Shown piece after piece: positions 1 to 9,250 of a stretch of DNA of 64,000 bases. Position 1 is the stretch's first letter; each line of letters opens with the position of its first letter. The notes under the pieces are model-generated. The model saw only the letters and a list, made by a program, of their open reading frames with translations, had not been told where the DNA came from and did no database searches. The stretch is from a virus. Taxonomy: Duplodnaviria; Caudoviricetes. The position numbers and the translations under genes are program-made. The stretch is taken from the IMG/VR virus record IMGVR_UViG_3300032234_000388, positions 64,001-128,000 of that record, one strand, 5' to 3'.

Positions 1-511
1 TAGGTAAATCGCCGATTAATGAATCATCTAACCAACTAAATCTGTGCACCTGTGCACCTGTAGCGTTTTGTACAAACTCAGGAGTTACAACAGTGTTTGC
101 AGGATGACCGCAATTCCAAAGAATAACAGAGCTCCAGTTTTTACGAGGATAATTTTCATTCTTTGAACCAAGATATTTCTCAGTCATTTTAGTTTTATAA
201 TCATGCTTGACTACCATAACTGCTTTAGTTTCGTCACGTAGTGCCCATAGCTTTTCGATATCATCACGTAGCAACATATCGCCATCCATAAAAATTGCCC
301 AACCCTTATATTCCATTAGATGGGGTACAAGAAATCTACTATAAATGAAATGATTACTACCGTCAGTATGATGTTCTTTATAATCTTTCATTATGTTTAA
401 TGCCAACGGATTTAAACTGACCGGTTGACTTGAATGTCTAATAATACTGTTTGTACATACATGATATGCTATGGCTTCTCTTGGGTCAAAGCCTATAAAA
501 ATTGGAATCAT
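1..511 (-). CDS. Glycosyltransferase (GT-A fold, GT8-like), runs off the window edge
   Basis: Not in ORF track. ATG at 511 reads MIPIFIGFDPREAIAYHVCTNSIIRHSS...YSRFLVPHLMEYKGWAIFMDGDML...YPRKNWSSVILWNCGH, with a DxD motif (DGD); frame open to window start. Confidence 0.8.
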   Translation of the reverse strand, partial: MIPIFIGFDPREAIAYHVCTNSIIRHSSQPVSLNPLALNIMKDYKEHHTDGSNHFIYSRFLVPHLMEYKGWAIFMDGDMLLRDDIEKLWALRDETKAVMVVKHDYKTKMTEKYLGSKNENYPRKNWSSVILWNCGHPANTVVTPEFVQNATGAQVHRFSWLDDSLIGDLP

Positions 512-1269
512 CGTCTTTCAATGTCCTCTTCAATACACTGTTCTCCGTACTGTATCTCTACAATCTTTAAAGGATTATCATAAGGGTTTGTAAGTTGATG
601 CCATTCTTGTTTAACAACATGCAATTGATCATGTTTATCTAATTCTGCAGATGGTAGTTGGTAATCTAATGGAGTAGCTCGATTAACCACTGCCTGCCCG
701 TCGCTGACTATCCAGTATTCTGACCGCAACCTATGTTTTTGCATTGACAAACTTTGGCCAGGATTAACTGTAAGCTCTTTAACTTTCATTCCGGGAACTT
801 CGTGTAAAACTCGATAATATCCCCATGGTCGTTCAGTTTTAGGTGCTTTCCATTCTTGTAGTATCCACGAACTAGAATTAGCTTTATTGAATCCGCCAAC
901 ACCAAATACAAATTTTAGATTGTCGTCTACCAGATCCATTTCTGGAATATTGTCGTTAGTTCTATCACCACCATTGGCAAATATAATTTGATCAGCTGGA
1001 TAACGTTGTCTAATTATTTGAATAGCATGTTTGGCTGACCCATCGCTGTCGTTAAAGTCGATGACACTATCTACGCCAACAATATTACGTACAATTTCTG
1101 CACGTTCAGCAAAAGGCATAAACGGTGCACCCTTTTTACGAGTAAGCCATGCGTCGGAGTTGACTCCTACTATTAAAATATCGCCTAGCTGTTTTGCAGC
1201 TTTAAAATAGGCGATGTGCCCAGAATGGAGCGGATCGAATCCGCCAGTAATCAGTACAATACGTTTCAT
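508..1269 (-). CDS. Cytidylyltransferase-like (RfaE/TagD) domain fused to mannose-6-phosphate-isomerase-type cupin
   Basis: GGFDPLHSGH (HxGH nucleotidyltransferase motif); C-terminal RPWG...LSMQKHRLRSEYW...WHQL...IVEIQYG resembles the ManC C-terminal cupin. Confidence 0.85.
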   Translation of the reverse strand: MKRIVLITGGFDPLHSGHIAYFKAAKQLGDILIVGVNSDAWLTRKKGAPFMPFAERAEIVRNIVGVDSVIDFNDSDGSAKHAIQIIRQRYPADQIIFANGGDRTNDNIPEMDLVDDNLKFVFGVGGFNKANSSSWILQEWKAPKTERPWGYYRVLHEVPGMKVKELTVNPGQSLSMQKHRLRSEYWIVSDGQAVVNRATPLDYQLPSAELDKHDQLHVVKQEWHQLTNPYDNPLKIVEIQYGEQCIEEDIERR

Positions 1270-1277
1270 ACAGCTAT

Positions 1278-2006
1278 TTATCTGCGTATATTACTGTGCT
1301 GTTTGTTTAGAGTTTTTAAAAATTCTTGAACAGTTATTTTAGGAACGAATCCTAACGATTTTAAAATTGTTAAATCAGCCAATGTTTTTTTACGCTCAAA
1401 CTTCGTATTATTATTCAAAGGTAAATCTGGTTTAATATCTTTTATTGTTATTGACTGCCCAGATCCAATATCAACAGGGCCGGTAATAGTTGAATGTATT
1501 AGTAGGTTGATTGCTTCACATACGTCACTGATGTGTACAAAATCTCTTTCGTGATCGGTTACATAGGTTAATGTATTATTAATTAACTTATGAAAAAACA
1601 TTCCGTTTCTAGGAGTTGGGCCATATACTGTGTGAAGCCTCATAAAACATACATTACTGTGAGGTATTTTTTCAATAACGTGCTTGGTAGCAGCGTAAGG
1701 ATTTAAATGAGGTTCGTATTGCGAACTTGAACTGGCTACAAGGACTCTGTTATTTTTATAAAAATCTAATACCCGGGCCGTTCCTTCTACATTATTTTTC
1801 CAATACTTAGCAGGATCGTTTATGCTTTCTCGAACACCACCAATACCAGCTAAATGTATTACTATATCACATTTTGGAAAATCACAGTCAAGGATGTCTT
1901 GAGAAGATTTTAAATCAATTCCTATTACAGTATGATCTAATTCTTCTAAATATTTTTTAAGATTACTGCCAATAAATCCTTGATCACCTGTGATCAAAAT
2001 AATCAT
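1278..2006 (-). CDS. NAD-dependent epimerase/dehydratase (extended SDR)
   Basis: ITGDQGFIG (GxxGxxG), HLAG, ASSSS, YAATK (YxxxK), RDFVHISD. Confidence 0.9.
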   Translation of the reverse strand: MIILITGDQGFIGSNLKKYLEELDHTVIGIDLKSSQDILDCDFPKCDIVIHLAGIGGVRESINDPAKYWKNNVEGTARVLDFYKNNRVLVASSSSQYEPHLNPYAATKHVIEKIPHSNVCFMRLHTVYGPTPRNGMFFHKLINNTLTYVTDHERDFVHISDVCEAINLLIHSTITGPVDIGSGQSITIKDIKPDLPLNNNTKFERKKTLADLTILKSLGFVPKITVQEFLKTLNKQHSNIRR

Positions 2007-2458
2007 AATGTTGCGTCTTCTAATCCTGCAGTTCTAAGTTTGACAATATTTGATACTTGCCATTGCTTAATATCTAAGGCTTTGATAATGCCTAACCACT
2101 TGTTTCTTAACAGAGCAAAATCGTTGATGATCTTTTCAAAGTCTACAACATCAGCTTCGCCCTCTACAAACTTTTCACAGTCTCTAGAGGACAAGCTGCG
2201 TTGATAGTTTTCAAGATACTTGCGAAAATGCTGACTACGAAGTCTACGAAGTTCGATATTTAAGTATTCAAGGATACCTTCAATTTCTTGAAGTTGATTA
2301 AACCGTTCTTCAACAATGCCAGGCATGTTTGACGAGATTTTTTCAAGACTTCCTGACACTTTACAATCTATTTTAGCTGCTAACAACTCAGCTTCATAAT
2401 AAGCCACTGCATCAGGAATATTTGAAATATCTTTTGAAACTTTATCGTACCAGTTCAC
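2003..2458 (-). CDS. uvsY: UvsY-like recombination mediator
   Basis: 151 aa helical protein near uvsX; C-terminal IIKALDIKQWQVSNIVKLRTAGLED resembles T4-like UvsY. Confidence 0.8.
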   Translation of the reverse strand: MNWYDKVSKDISNIPDAVAYYEAELLAAKIDCKVSGSLEKISSNMPGIVEERFNQLQEIEGILEYLNIELRRLRSQHFRKYLENYQRSLSSRDCEKFVEGEADVVDFEKIINDFALLRNKWLGIIKALDIKQWQVSNIVKLRTAGLEDATL

Positions 2459-2701
2459 TTAGTCCTCGTAGTCGTCGTTGTAATCACTTTCATCATCTTC
2501 CTCAATTTCCTCACCATCAATAGCATACTCGATAGCTTGGTCTAGATAAGGATCTACTCCTTGCAGACTTTCTAGTACTGAATCCTTAACACCATAGTCT
2601 AGTAGTGTATTAACATAGTCTGCGGCAACATCTTTACGATGTTTTTCTGGAATGTGTTCAATGATTACAGTCCATAAGTCAGCAATTAAATCTTCTTTCA
2701 T
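2459..2701 (-). CDS. Small acidic hypothetical protein
   Basis: 80 aa ORF tightly packed between uvsX and uvsY; acidic C-terminus. Confidence 0.6.
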   Translation of the reverse strand: MKEDLIADLWTVIIEHIPEKHRKDVAADYVNTLLDYGVKDSVLESLQGVDPYLDQAIEYAIDGEEIEEDDESDYNDDYED

Positions 2702-3777
2702 TCTGCGCTCTCCGTTTCAGGTTCAACATTATTAGTTATCTCTGAATCAGTAGTTTCACCGTGTTTTGCAATATCTTGCATTACAAGATCGAGCCCGTCT
2801 TTTTCATTACGTTCCCATGCCTTACGGAACTGTTTGATGATTTCGCCGTCTTTGGTCACGTATACAAGGCTGTTACCTTCTTTCTTGAGCATGCCTTTAG
2901 CTTCAAACAGGTCGACTAATCCACTATATGGACTCATACCTGTTTCATAAGGAATCTCAACCTGTACACTTTCAAACGGTTTAGCATAACGTGTTTTCAT
3001 AATTTTACAAGCTGCACGAATACCTTGTACAGTTGAGGTCTTGTTGCCGTCTGCATCAAGTTTTAATTTCAATTTACGCATAGCAACTACAATAGAGCTA
3101 GCGTAGATGAAACCTTGACCGCCGCTGATCTTGTCATCAGGATCAAACATGTCTTGGCTTGCGTATGTATGATTAGTTGCTACTAATCCAATACCTAATG
3201 AACCAAACATATTCACACAATTTCGAACCAGTGCTGTTAATGCTTTGGGCTTACGGCCCATGTCGCCTTTCAAATCACCTGCCTGGAACTGATTAACGTC
3301 TGTAGGTGTTAACAACATACCTAACGAATCAATAACAAACAATACTTTAGGACGTTCGTCTTCGGGCATTGTCTTGTATTCTGCAACAAACTCTGTAATA
3401 GTCTTTGCTACGTCGTCAATCATAGCCATGTTAAGTTTTAACAACTTATCCGGACTTGTGTCGACATCAAGTGCGTGTAGCCATTTTTCGTCGAGTGCGT
3501 TTTCTGTATCAATTAAAATTGGAAAGATTCCTGCTCGTTGTGCGTTTGCTACTAGATTACCTGAACAGATAAACGATTTACCTGCACCAGATTCTCCTGC
3601 AAATACTGTCACTTTACCTAGCGGAATACCACGATTAAAATCGCCGCTAATCAAATAGTTTAGTGCATAATTGTTGGTGCTGACCCAATCAGTTGGGTCG
3701 TTGAATCCAATACTTAATCCATCGATGGACTTAGTAATAGACTTTCTAAATTTCGATATATCGAATGCTTTTGTCAT
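2698..3777 (-). CDS. uvsX: UvsX RecA-like recombinase
   Basis: Walker A GESGAGKS, IDTENA, Walker B FVIDSLG, NHTY, GGQGFIYASS. Confidence 0.95.
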   Translation of the reverse strand: MTKAFDISKFRKSITKSIDGLSIGFNDPTDWVSTNNYALNYLISGDFNRGIPLGKVTVFAGESGAGKSFICSGNLVANAQRAGIFPILIDTENALDEKWLHALDVDTSPDKLLKLNMAMIDDVAKTITEFVAEYKTMPEDERPKVLFVIDSLGMLLTPTDVNQFQAGDLKGDMGRKPKALTALVRNCVNMFGSLGIGLVATNHTYASQDMFDPDDKISGGQGFIYASSIVVAMRKLKLKLDADGNKTSTVQGIRAACKIMKTRYAKPFESVQVEIPYETGMSPYSGLVDLFEAKGMLKKEGNSLVYVTKDGEIIKQFRKAWERNEKDGLDLVMQDIAKHGETTDSEITNNVEPETESAE

Positions 3778-3792
3778 GTTGTTTGCCTTTTA

Positions 3793-4539
3793 TTAATTTT
3801 TAGTCCAAAAACGAAACGGACACTTCTTTCTAAATAATTTTGATCTATATAAATTTATCATAGATTGTGCAGCTCTGTAATTTTCTTCGAGACTGTTTTT
3901 TGGTACAAAGAACTTTAATCTCGAACATGCTTTTTCTAATGACTCTATAGTGTCGTCTTGTTCGACTCTAATCAAATTAATCTTCTTGTTTGACTTTAAT
4001 CTAACATAAAACAACGGGTCACCTCTTGCTATTGACATAACTTCTAAATCATTCACAACTTCAAACGCAGGAGACACTGGACGTATCCATTTTGAGATAT
4101 CAAACTCCCCCGGTATTAAGTTAGTGTTTCTAATAAAGTTTGTTTTTTCCATATTAGCAGGAAGCATTTCTAGCATGACAGAATTTTTGCTGTAAAAAAT
4201 ATATGAAAATTCTAAACTAAACATTGAGAACGCAGTATTCTGTGCTAGTCTTGGAAAAATATGATCATTGTAAAATTTATGATTAAAGTTATTAGTTATT
4301 AATATTTTTCTTCCATCACTGTCTTTTTCAATTTTTAATTCCAAGTCTACCGGACTTCTTATTACAAACGTGTTTGCATAGTATTGCTGAAAGGCTGGAC
4401 ATTTTAAATATTCAACATCAGTATTACGTTGCGAAACTAGATATTTTATAATCGGTTCTGGTTCAAAATACCCAACATTGTGCCAATCCCCATTGAGCAA
4501 AAATGGGCACCAGTAAATATTTTCTTGTTTATTCAGCAT
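3793..4539 (-). CDS. Hypothetical protein, same apparent family as 45023..45814
   Basis: KCPAF...FVIRSPVDL...IPGEFD...RGDPLFYV pattern parallels CPGL...FIIPAPADF...ATGILD...AGTPLCQL in 45023..45814. Confidence 0.6.
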   Translation of the reverse strand: MLNKQENIYWCPFLLNGDWHNVGYFEPEPIIKYLVSQRNTDVEYLKCPAFQQYYANTFVIRSPVDLELKIEKDSDGRKILITNNFNHKFYNDHIFPRLAQNTAFSMFSLEFSYIFYSKNSVMLEMLPANMEKTNFIRNTNLIPGEFDISKWIRPVSPAFEVVNDLEVMSIARGDPLFYVRLKSNKKINLIRVEQDDTIESLEKACSRLKFFVPKNSLEENYRAAQSMINLYRSKLFRKKCPFRFWTKN

Positions 4540-4541
4540 AG

Positions 4542-4569
4542 AAAAATGTGGGGGAATTATTCCCCCACA
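4542..4569 (-). terminator. Intrinsic terminator after gp32
   Basis: Stem TGTGGGGGAA/TTCCCCCACA with 3-nt loop, then a T-run on the minus strand. Confidence 0.75.
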
Positions 4570-4576
4570 ATCACTT

Positions 4577-5557
4577 TTACTTCTGACGATTGCGAATCAT
4601 TGCAAGAATGTCTTGCGCACGACTAGCACCTTCTGCTGATGCTGCTGGCTGAGCTGCCGGAGCACTAGTTGTTGGTGCTGGCTCATCATCGATTTGATCA
4701 TCGATAGGAGCTGCTGCCGGAGTACGAGCTGCTGCCGGCTTGTTAGGATCGCCAGTCACTTGTCCCATGCCTGCTGGTTTGAAGTATTGACCCCAACGAT
4801 CCATGTCATAGGCTTCGCCGTCGACTGATGCTTCGAACATTTCTTTCATTACCTTAAGCTCAACATCAGTTGGCTTCTTAGGAAGAAAATCGCTTAGATT
4901 ATGAAGACCGTGTGCTTCAATAGCTGCAGTTTCTTCTGCTGTCAATGAACGCTCACGACGGCTCCACTTTGAAGTAGAGTAGTCTGCGAAACCGCCTTTG
5001 CTGGTTTTAGCAATACGGAAGTCTAGACCTTTGAGAGCATCAGTTGGCAACTCATCTAACTCAGGATCCATCAATGCTGAACGGATGATCTGATAGATCT
5101 GAGGACCAATGATAAATCTGCGAATTGGGTTCTCTGGAACTTTGTCTTCCTTGATAGGATCTTCAACTACAAAGCCTTGGAAAATGTAAGAACGTTTCTT
5201 CCAATACTTACGACCCATTTCTTCTAGTGACTTGTCTTTGAACCAACCACGCACTTCTGAAAGAATTGGACATACTGAACCATCGTTGTACATTTCAACG
5301 CATGGAACTTGTACCTGTACTGGACGTGAATCTGTTTCACCTTTGATACCGGCGAACGGAAGTTTGATCATTGCACGTTCTACCCAGAAGAATGTGTTGT
5401 TTGGATTACCGTCTGGCAATAAGCGTACTACCGCCTCTTTGCCTTCTTGCATATTCCAGTGTGGGTAAATTGCGTTGTCGCCGCCGCCTGTTGATTGTCC
5501 TGTGGACTTTGATTGTGCTTCTTGAAGTTTTGCACGAATTTCTGCTAATGTTGCCAT
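4577..5557 (-). CDS. gp32: Single-stranded DNA-binding protein (T4 gp32-like)
   Basis: VRLLP...CPI...YWKKRSY...GLDFRIAKTSKGGFADYSTSKW; acidic Ala-rich tail; adjacent to uvsX; AGGAGG SD. Confidence 0.9.
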   Translation of the reverse strand: MATLAEIRAKLQEAQSKSTGQSTGGGDNAIYPHWNMQEGKEAVVRLLPDGNPNNTFFWVERAMIKLPFAGIKGETDSRPVQVQVPCVEMYNDGSVCPILSEVRGWFKDKSLEEMGRKYWKKRSYIFQGFVVEDPIKEDKVPENPIRRFIIGPQIYQIIRSALMDPELDELPTDALKGLDFRIAKTSKGGFADYSTSKWSRRERSLTAEETAAIEAHGLHNLSDFLPKKPTDVELKVMKEMFEASVDGEAYDMDRWGQYFKPAGMGQVTGDPNKPAAARTPAAAPIDDQIDDEPAPTTSAPAAQPAASAEGASRAQDILAMIRNRQK

Positions 5558-5614
5558 TGTATTTGCCTCCTAAGCCTAAAATGGTTTTTACTACATGCCT
5601 TTCGCATAACAACT

Positions 5615-5643
5615 ATTATGCGCTTTTTATTTAGCAAAGTCAA
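5615..5643 (-). promoter_or_regulatory. Sigma70-like promoter for gp32 with a late-type TAAATA box in its spacer
   Basis: TTGACT (5638-5643), 17 nt, CATAAT (5615-5620); TAAATA at 5628-5633. Confidence 0.65.
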
Positions 5644-5676
5644 AGATTTTGCAAAATATTTTGGTTCAATTTAACC

Positions 5677-5708
5677 AAAAAGAAAGGGCACCTAGTGCCC
5701 CCTTCTTT
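5677..5708 (-). terminator. Intrinsic terminator after 5727..7595
   Basis: GGGCAC/GTGCCC stem flanked by A/T tracts. Confidence 0.6.
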
Positions 5709-5726
5709 AGTACTGCCGACGAATTC

Positions 5727-7595
5727 TTACATGCCTGATAGTTCTTTAATACGAGCTAGTTCAGCTAATTCTGGATTTTGTTCTGTTGTTTGCTGTGGTG
5801 CCATGCGTTCTACAAATTTACGAGCAACGTGTTCTGCCTGTTCTCCAAACTTCTTGCCTACCATTGTGCAAACACCTTCTGGTCCCTTAGGGAATGTGCC
5901 TGAATCTTTGTCGTAAAATGAAGTGATAAATTCTGCTAATTCTTGAACATTCATTTTGCCTGACTCTTGTTCTTCGCTGCCTTCATCTGTTTCGCCGCGA
6001 TTCTTAGCCAGTGTATCTTTGTGGCTAAGTTTGCCTGCTGATTTTTCTTTTTCAAGATCTTTTAAAGTCAATGGCTCTTCACCTTTTTGCTTGCGTAGGT
6101 ATGCTGGAACATCGCTTTTCTTAACATCTTCCTGTTGTCCATACGCAACTGCATCGTTGTCTGCTGCTTGATCAGCATAGGCCATTGGATCTTCAATGTC
6201 ACCAAAATCAATTTGTTCTAGTGTTTCTGGAGCATTGGCATTTAACCAATCTTGTACAATCTGTCGAACATCTGCGTTTGCATCTTGTTTAGCTGTTTCT
6301 TTGATCTGATTGTATAGTGAGGGATCTTCGATAATGCCTTTTAGACTTTCAATAGCATTGGTTCCATCTACACCTGCTGGAAACACGTCTCCAACTAGCT
6401 CTTGTAGATTTTGAATTGCTGCCGCTTGTTCTTGTGGATCTTCGCTAACGATGGCTGAATCTTCACCTAAGCTCATAACCCAATTTTCAAACTTGGCAAA
6501 CGGGTCATTATCTTCTAAATCGATTTCAACATCTTCATTGGCTATTTCTTCTTGTGTGGTCATAGCGACTATGTCGTCGTAGCCTATTGTGTTTCCTTCT
6601 TTCATTAGTCTATATAAGACCGGAAATACACTTGCGATATCTTCTTTAAAGTTTTTAACTGTGAATTGATCTGTAAATTGTTCTACTACATCTTGTGGAA
6701 CTTCTAATGGCTGTTGCTCCTGAAATGATTCTTTATAAGCCTCATAATGACTTTGCTTTGACAGTGCTCTAACTTGCTCACGCAATCTGTTTAACTGCTC
6801 AGATGATCTTTCTACAACATTGTTGGTCTCAGAGTTCATTAGGTCATTGCGAACAACATAGTTGCCAAAGCTCTTGAGTTGTGCAATCTCTTCACTCATA
6901 CGGATGATGCTTTCGCCAATTGCATCGTAAGGTACACCACCGTTGGCTACATGGCGTTGCATTGCCCGAGCACCTGCTAGGTGAATGAACGGATATTTAA
7001 AACGCTCACCGTCTGCATTTTCAACAAATAGTCCAGCAATATTACGACTTCTAGCACCAGGTGCCATGTCGTCACTTAGTTGCTGACTGTGTTTGATAAT
7101 TAGGCGTGTGTTTTCCAGCTTTTGGTAGCTAACTGTTTTAGTACCGTACATTGTGCTTTCACTCATAATACTTTCTCCGACGGGGTTTTGTATAGTGTTT
7201 GGTTCTGTTTGTTTGGGTTGTGCATTTTGACTTAGGAATGCATAATCTCTTTTATCAAGATTATCTTTAGCAATATCTCTAGTGTCGAAGCTCAATAGTC
7301 TGCGTTTAGCAAACGTCCGTAATTCTTTTAAGAAACCGTACCAGTTGTCTTTCTGACCATCATCCATTGATTCTGTAATGCCATTGCTGAAATAAACTTT
7401 CATAGAATTGGGTTCTGCTAGACTAATGCTAACATGTCCAATTGGTTGTTCACCTTCCATATAGTCAAAATCGAAGAAGCGGGCTTCTTCAGGCATGATA
7501 GTAATAGCACCAGTTTCTGCGCCCAGTTTAAGGCCAGAAAATCTGCTGCGAATTTTATAGAATAAATCTTGTGCGATATTGTTTCTTGCGTCCAT
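5727..7595 (-). CDS. Large acidic hypothetical protein downstream of terminase (possibly head-associated)
   Basis: Likely start ATG 7595 (MDARNN), 5 nt after TAAATA; contains DVPAYLRKQ; ends ELARIKELSGM. Confidence 0.6.
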   Translation of the reverse strand: MDARNNIAQDLFYKIRSRFSGLKLGAETGAITIMPEEARFFDFDYMEGEQPIGHVSISLAEPNSMKVYFSNGITESMDDGQKDNWYGFLKELRTFAKRRLLSFDTRDIAKDNLDKRDYAFLSQNAQPKQTEPNTIQNPVGESIMSESTMYGTKTVSYQKLENTRLIIKHSQQLSDDMAPGARSRNIAGLFVENADGERFKYPFIHLAGARAMQRHVANGGVPYDAIGESIIRMSEEIAQLKSFGNYVVRNDLMNSETNNVVERSSEQLNRLREQVRALSKQSHYEAYKESFQEQQPLEVPQDVVEQFTDQFTVKNFKEDIASVFPVLYRLMKEGNTIGYDDIVAMTTQEEIANEDVEIDLEDNDPFAKFENWVMSLGEDSAIVSEDPQEQAAAIQNLQELVGDVFPAGVDGTNAIESLKGIIEDPSLYNQIKETAKQDANADVRQIVQDWLNANAPETLEQIDFGDIEDPMAYADQAADNDAVAYGQQEDVKKSDVPAYLRKQKGEEPLTLKDLEKEKSAGKLSHKDTLAKNRGETDEGSEEQESGKMNVQELAEFITSFYDKDSGTFPKGPEGVCTMVGKKFGEQAEHVARKFVERMAPQQTTEQNPELAELARIKELSGM

Positions 7596-7606
7596 AAGTG
7601 TATTTA

Positions 7607-9193
7607 TCAAAGGCCCATACTAACAAAGATAGGCATTGGCATCTGCTCTTCCGAGATTTTTTCAGTCATTTTGTCGTAAATGTGCGGATCCCAGTCTGCA
7701 AGCACATTGGCCATACGTATAATCAATAGGGTAGCACTGACTAAGTCATCGTGCTCACCGGTTTTTGCTCCAAATCCAACACCGTGTGCTACAAAGGTTT
7801 TTAACTCCGAAATCAACGGTTTAGATTTTAATATCATCTTGTTTGTTTCTAACATGTTTTTAAGTTGACTGCAACAGGTAATTTTTGAACGATGAGTAGT
7901 ATTAAATCCTTTACGGAATTTACGTACATGACCCTTACGCATAGGTTCACTTAGAAATAAGCCATGAAAGTTTTCTTCACCTAGATCGCTAATAACAATC
8001 AATGCTGCTTCACCTAGAGTATTGTTTTCTACCGAATAATAAATTTGTGGAGTCCCACCTTTTTCGACTCCCCTGTCGTTAATATACCTTAGTATTTCTC
8101 GCATGTGTTTGACTTGAGCCTGTATTGGTGTTAGATTGTGATGCCATTCTGCTACCTGTACCATAGAGGGCATTTCAAATACTTGTATGGCTCCATAGTC
8201 TCCGCCTGTGCCTAGACTAGGATCAAGAGCCACTAGATATGTTGCTTTGGGATCTATGTCTTTATACCAACGAGTTTGACCCATGGTCATTGTTGGATCA
8301 ACTCCTTTCATTTCTGCTAGACGTACAGCATTAACTAGAGTTTCATCAAAGATCAAGAATTCGCAATCAAATTCTCTACGGAAACGCTCTTCACCAATCT
8401 TGGCACGTTCTGTTTGTGCCCATGCTTCGTCACGATCTGGGTGTTCATTCCAATGTGCAAAAAAACTATGAAATCCGTTGGTGCCTAACTTTTGTTCATT
8501 ACCGTACTCGTCAAATCTTTTGTTAGCTTCAGTCCAGATTAACGCAAACTGATCTTCGTCCGAGTTTGGAGTTGATGTAATAATACACTTACCACCTGTT
8601 GACAATGTTGGTGATAACGCAGTCCAAAACTCTTTGGCTTTCTCTGGCGGTTGCACAAACGCAAACTCATCACAATAGATCAATGAAAGAGATTTACCGC
8701 GACCAGTATTTTCAGTTGTAGTAGTTGCCTGTATACGTGATCCGTTATCATACTCGATTGAATTTCTATTATAGGTATAAACGCCCGCTCGGATAAAGTC
8801 AGGCAAGTTCTCATATCCAAATCGATAACGATTCATGATGTCCTGCGCACCTTCATACTTGTGAGCAGCAATTAGTACCTGTGCCTCAGGAATAAACATT
8901 GTGTACCATAACAGATAGCCAGTAGCACAGGTAGTTTTACCCATTTGGCGAGGCAACATAGCAATACACTGTTTGTTAGAATGATAAGATTCAATTAGCC
9001 GTTCTTGAAATTCATACGGTTCGAATGGAATAGAACCGCGTGTTGGATGCTGAATCTTTAAAAAGTTTTTACAAAAATACAAAGGACCAGTAATTGGATC
9101 CATGCAGGCTTCGAGATGCTTGACTTCCTCTAGAGTATATTTCTGAGGAGCATGAGCTTTTTTAATTAAATTACCGTCGAGACTTTTTCCCAT
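7607..9193 (-). CDS. gp17: Terminase large subunit (T4 gp17-like)
   Basis: PRQMGKTT Walker A, IYCDEFAF Walker B, TSTPN coupling motif, nuclease LDPSLG...DY and HDDLV. Confidence 0.97.
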   Translation of the reverse strand: MGKSLDGNLIKKAHAPQKYTLEEVKHLEACMDPITGPLYFCKNFLKIQHPTRGSIPFEPYEFQERLIESYHSNKQCIAMLPRQMGKTTCATGYLLWYTMFIPEAQVLIAAHKYEGAQDIMNRYRFGYENLPDFIRAGVYTYNRNSIEYDNGSRIQATTTTENTGRGKSLSLIYCDEFAFVQPPEKAKEFWTALSPTLSTGGKCIITSTPNSDEDQFALIWTEANKRFDEYGNEQKLGTNGFHSFFAHWNEHPDRDEAWAQTERAKIGEERFRREFDCEFLIFDETLVNAVRLAEMKGVDPTMTMGQTRWYKDIDPKATYLVALDPSLGTGGDYGAIQVFEMPSMVQVAEWHHNLTPIQAQVKHMREILRYINDRGVEKGGTPQIYYSVENNTLGEAALIVISDLGEENFHGLFLSEPMRKGHVRKFRKGFNTTHRSKITCCSQLKNMLETNKMILKSKPLISELKTFVAHGVGFGAKTGEHDDLVSATLLIIRMANVLADWDPHIYDKMTEKISEEQMPMPIFVSMGL

Positions 9194-9206
9194 ACTTTAT
9201 TTACTG

Positions 9207-9234
9207 AAAAAAATAGGCTCCGAAGAGCCTATTT
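9207..9234 (-). terminator. Intrinsic terminator with C(UUCG)G tetraloop
   Basis: Minus strand AAATAGGCTC-TTCG-GAGCCTATTT followed by a T-run. Confidence 0.85.
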
Positions 9235-9250
9235 GGTTTTATTTATAAAA

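Noticed and set aside
2698-9193. Inteins or introns in uvsX or terminase
   Set aside because: Both have ordinary lengths (359 and 528 aa) with contiguous motifs.
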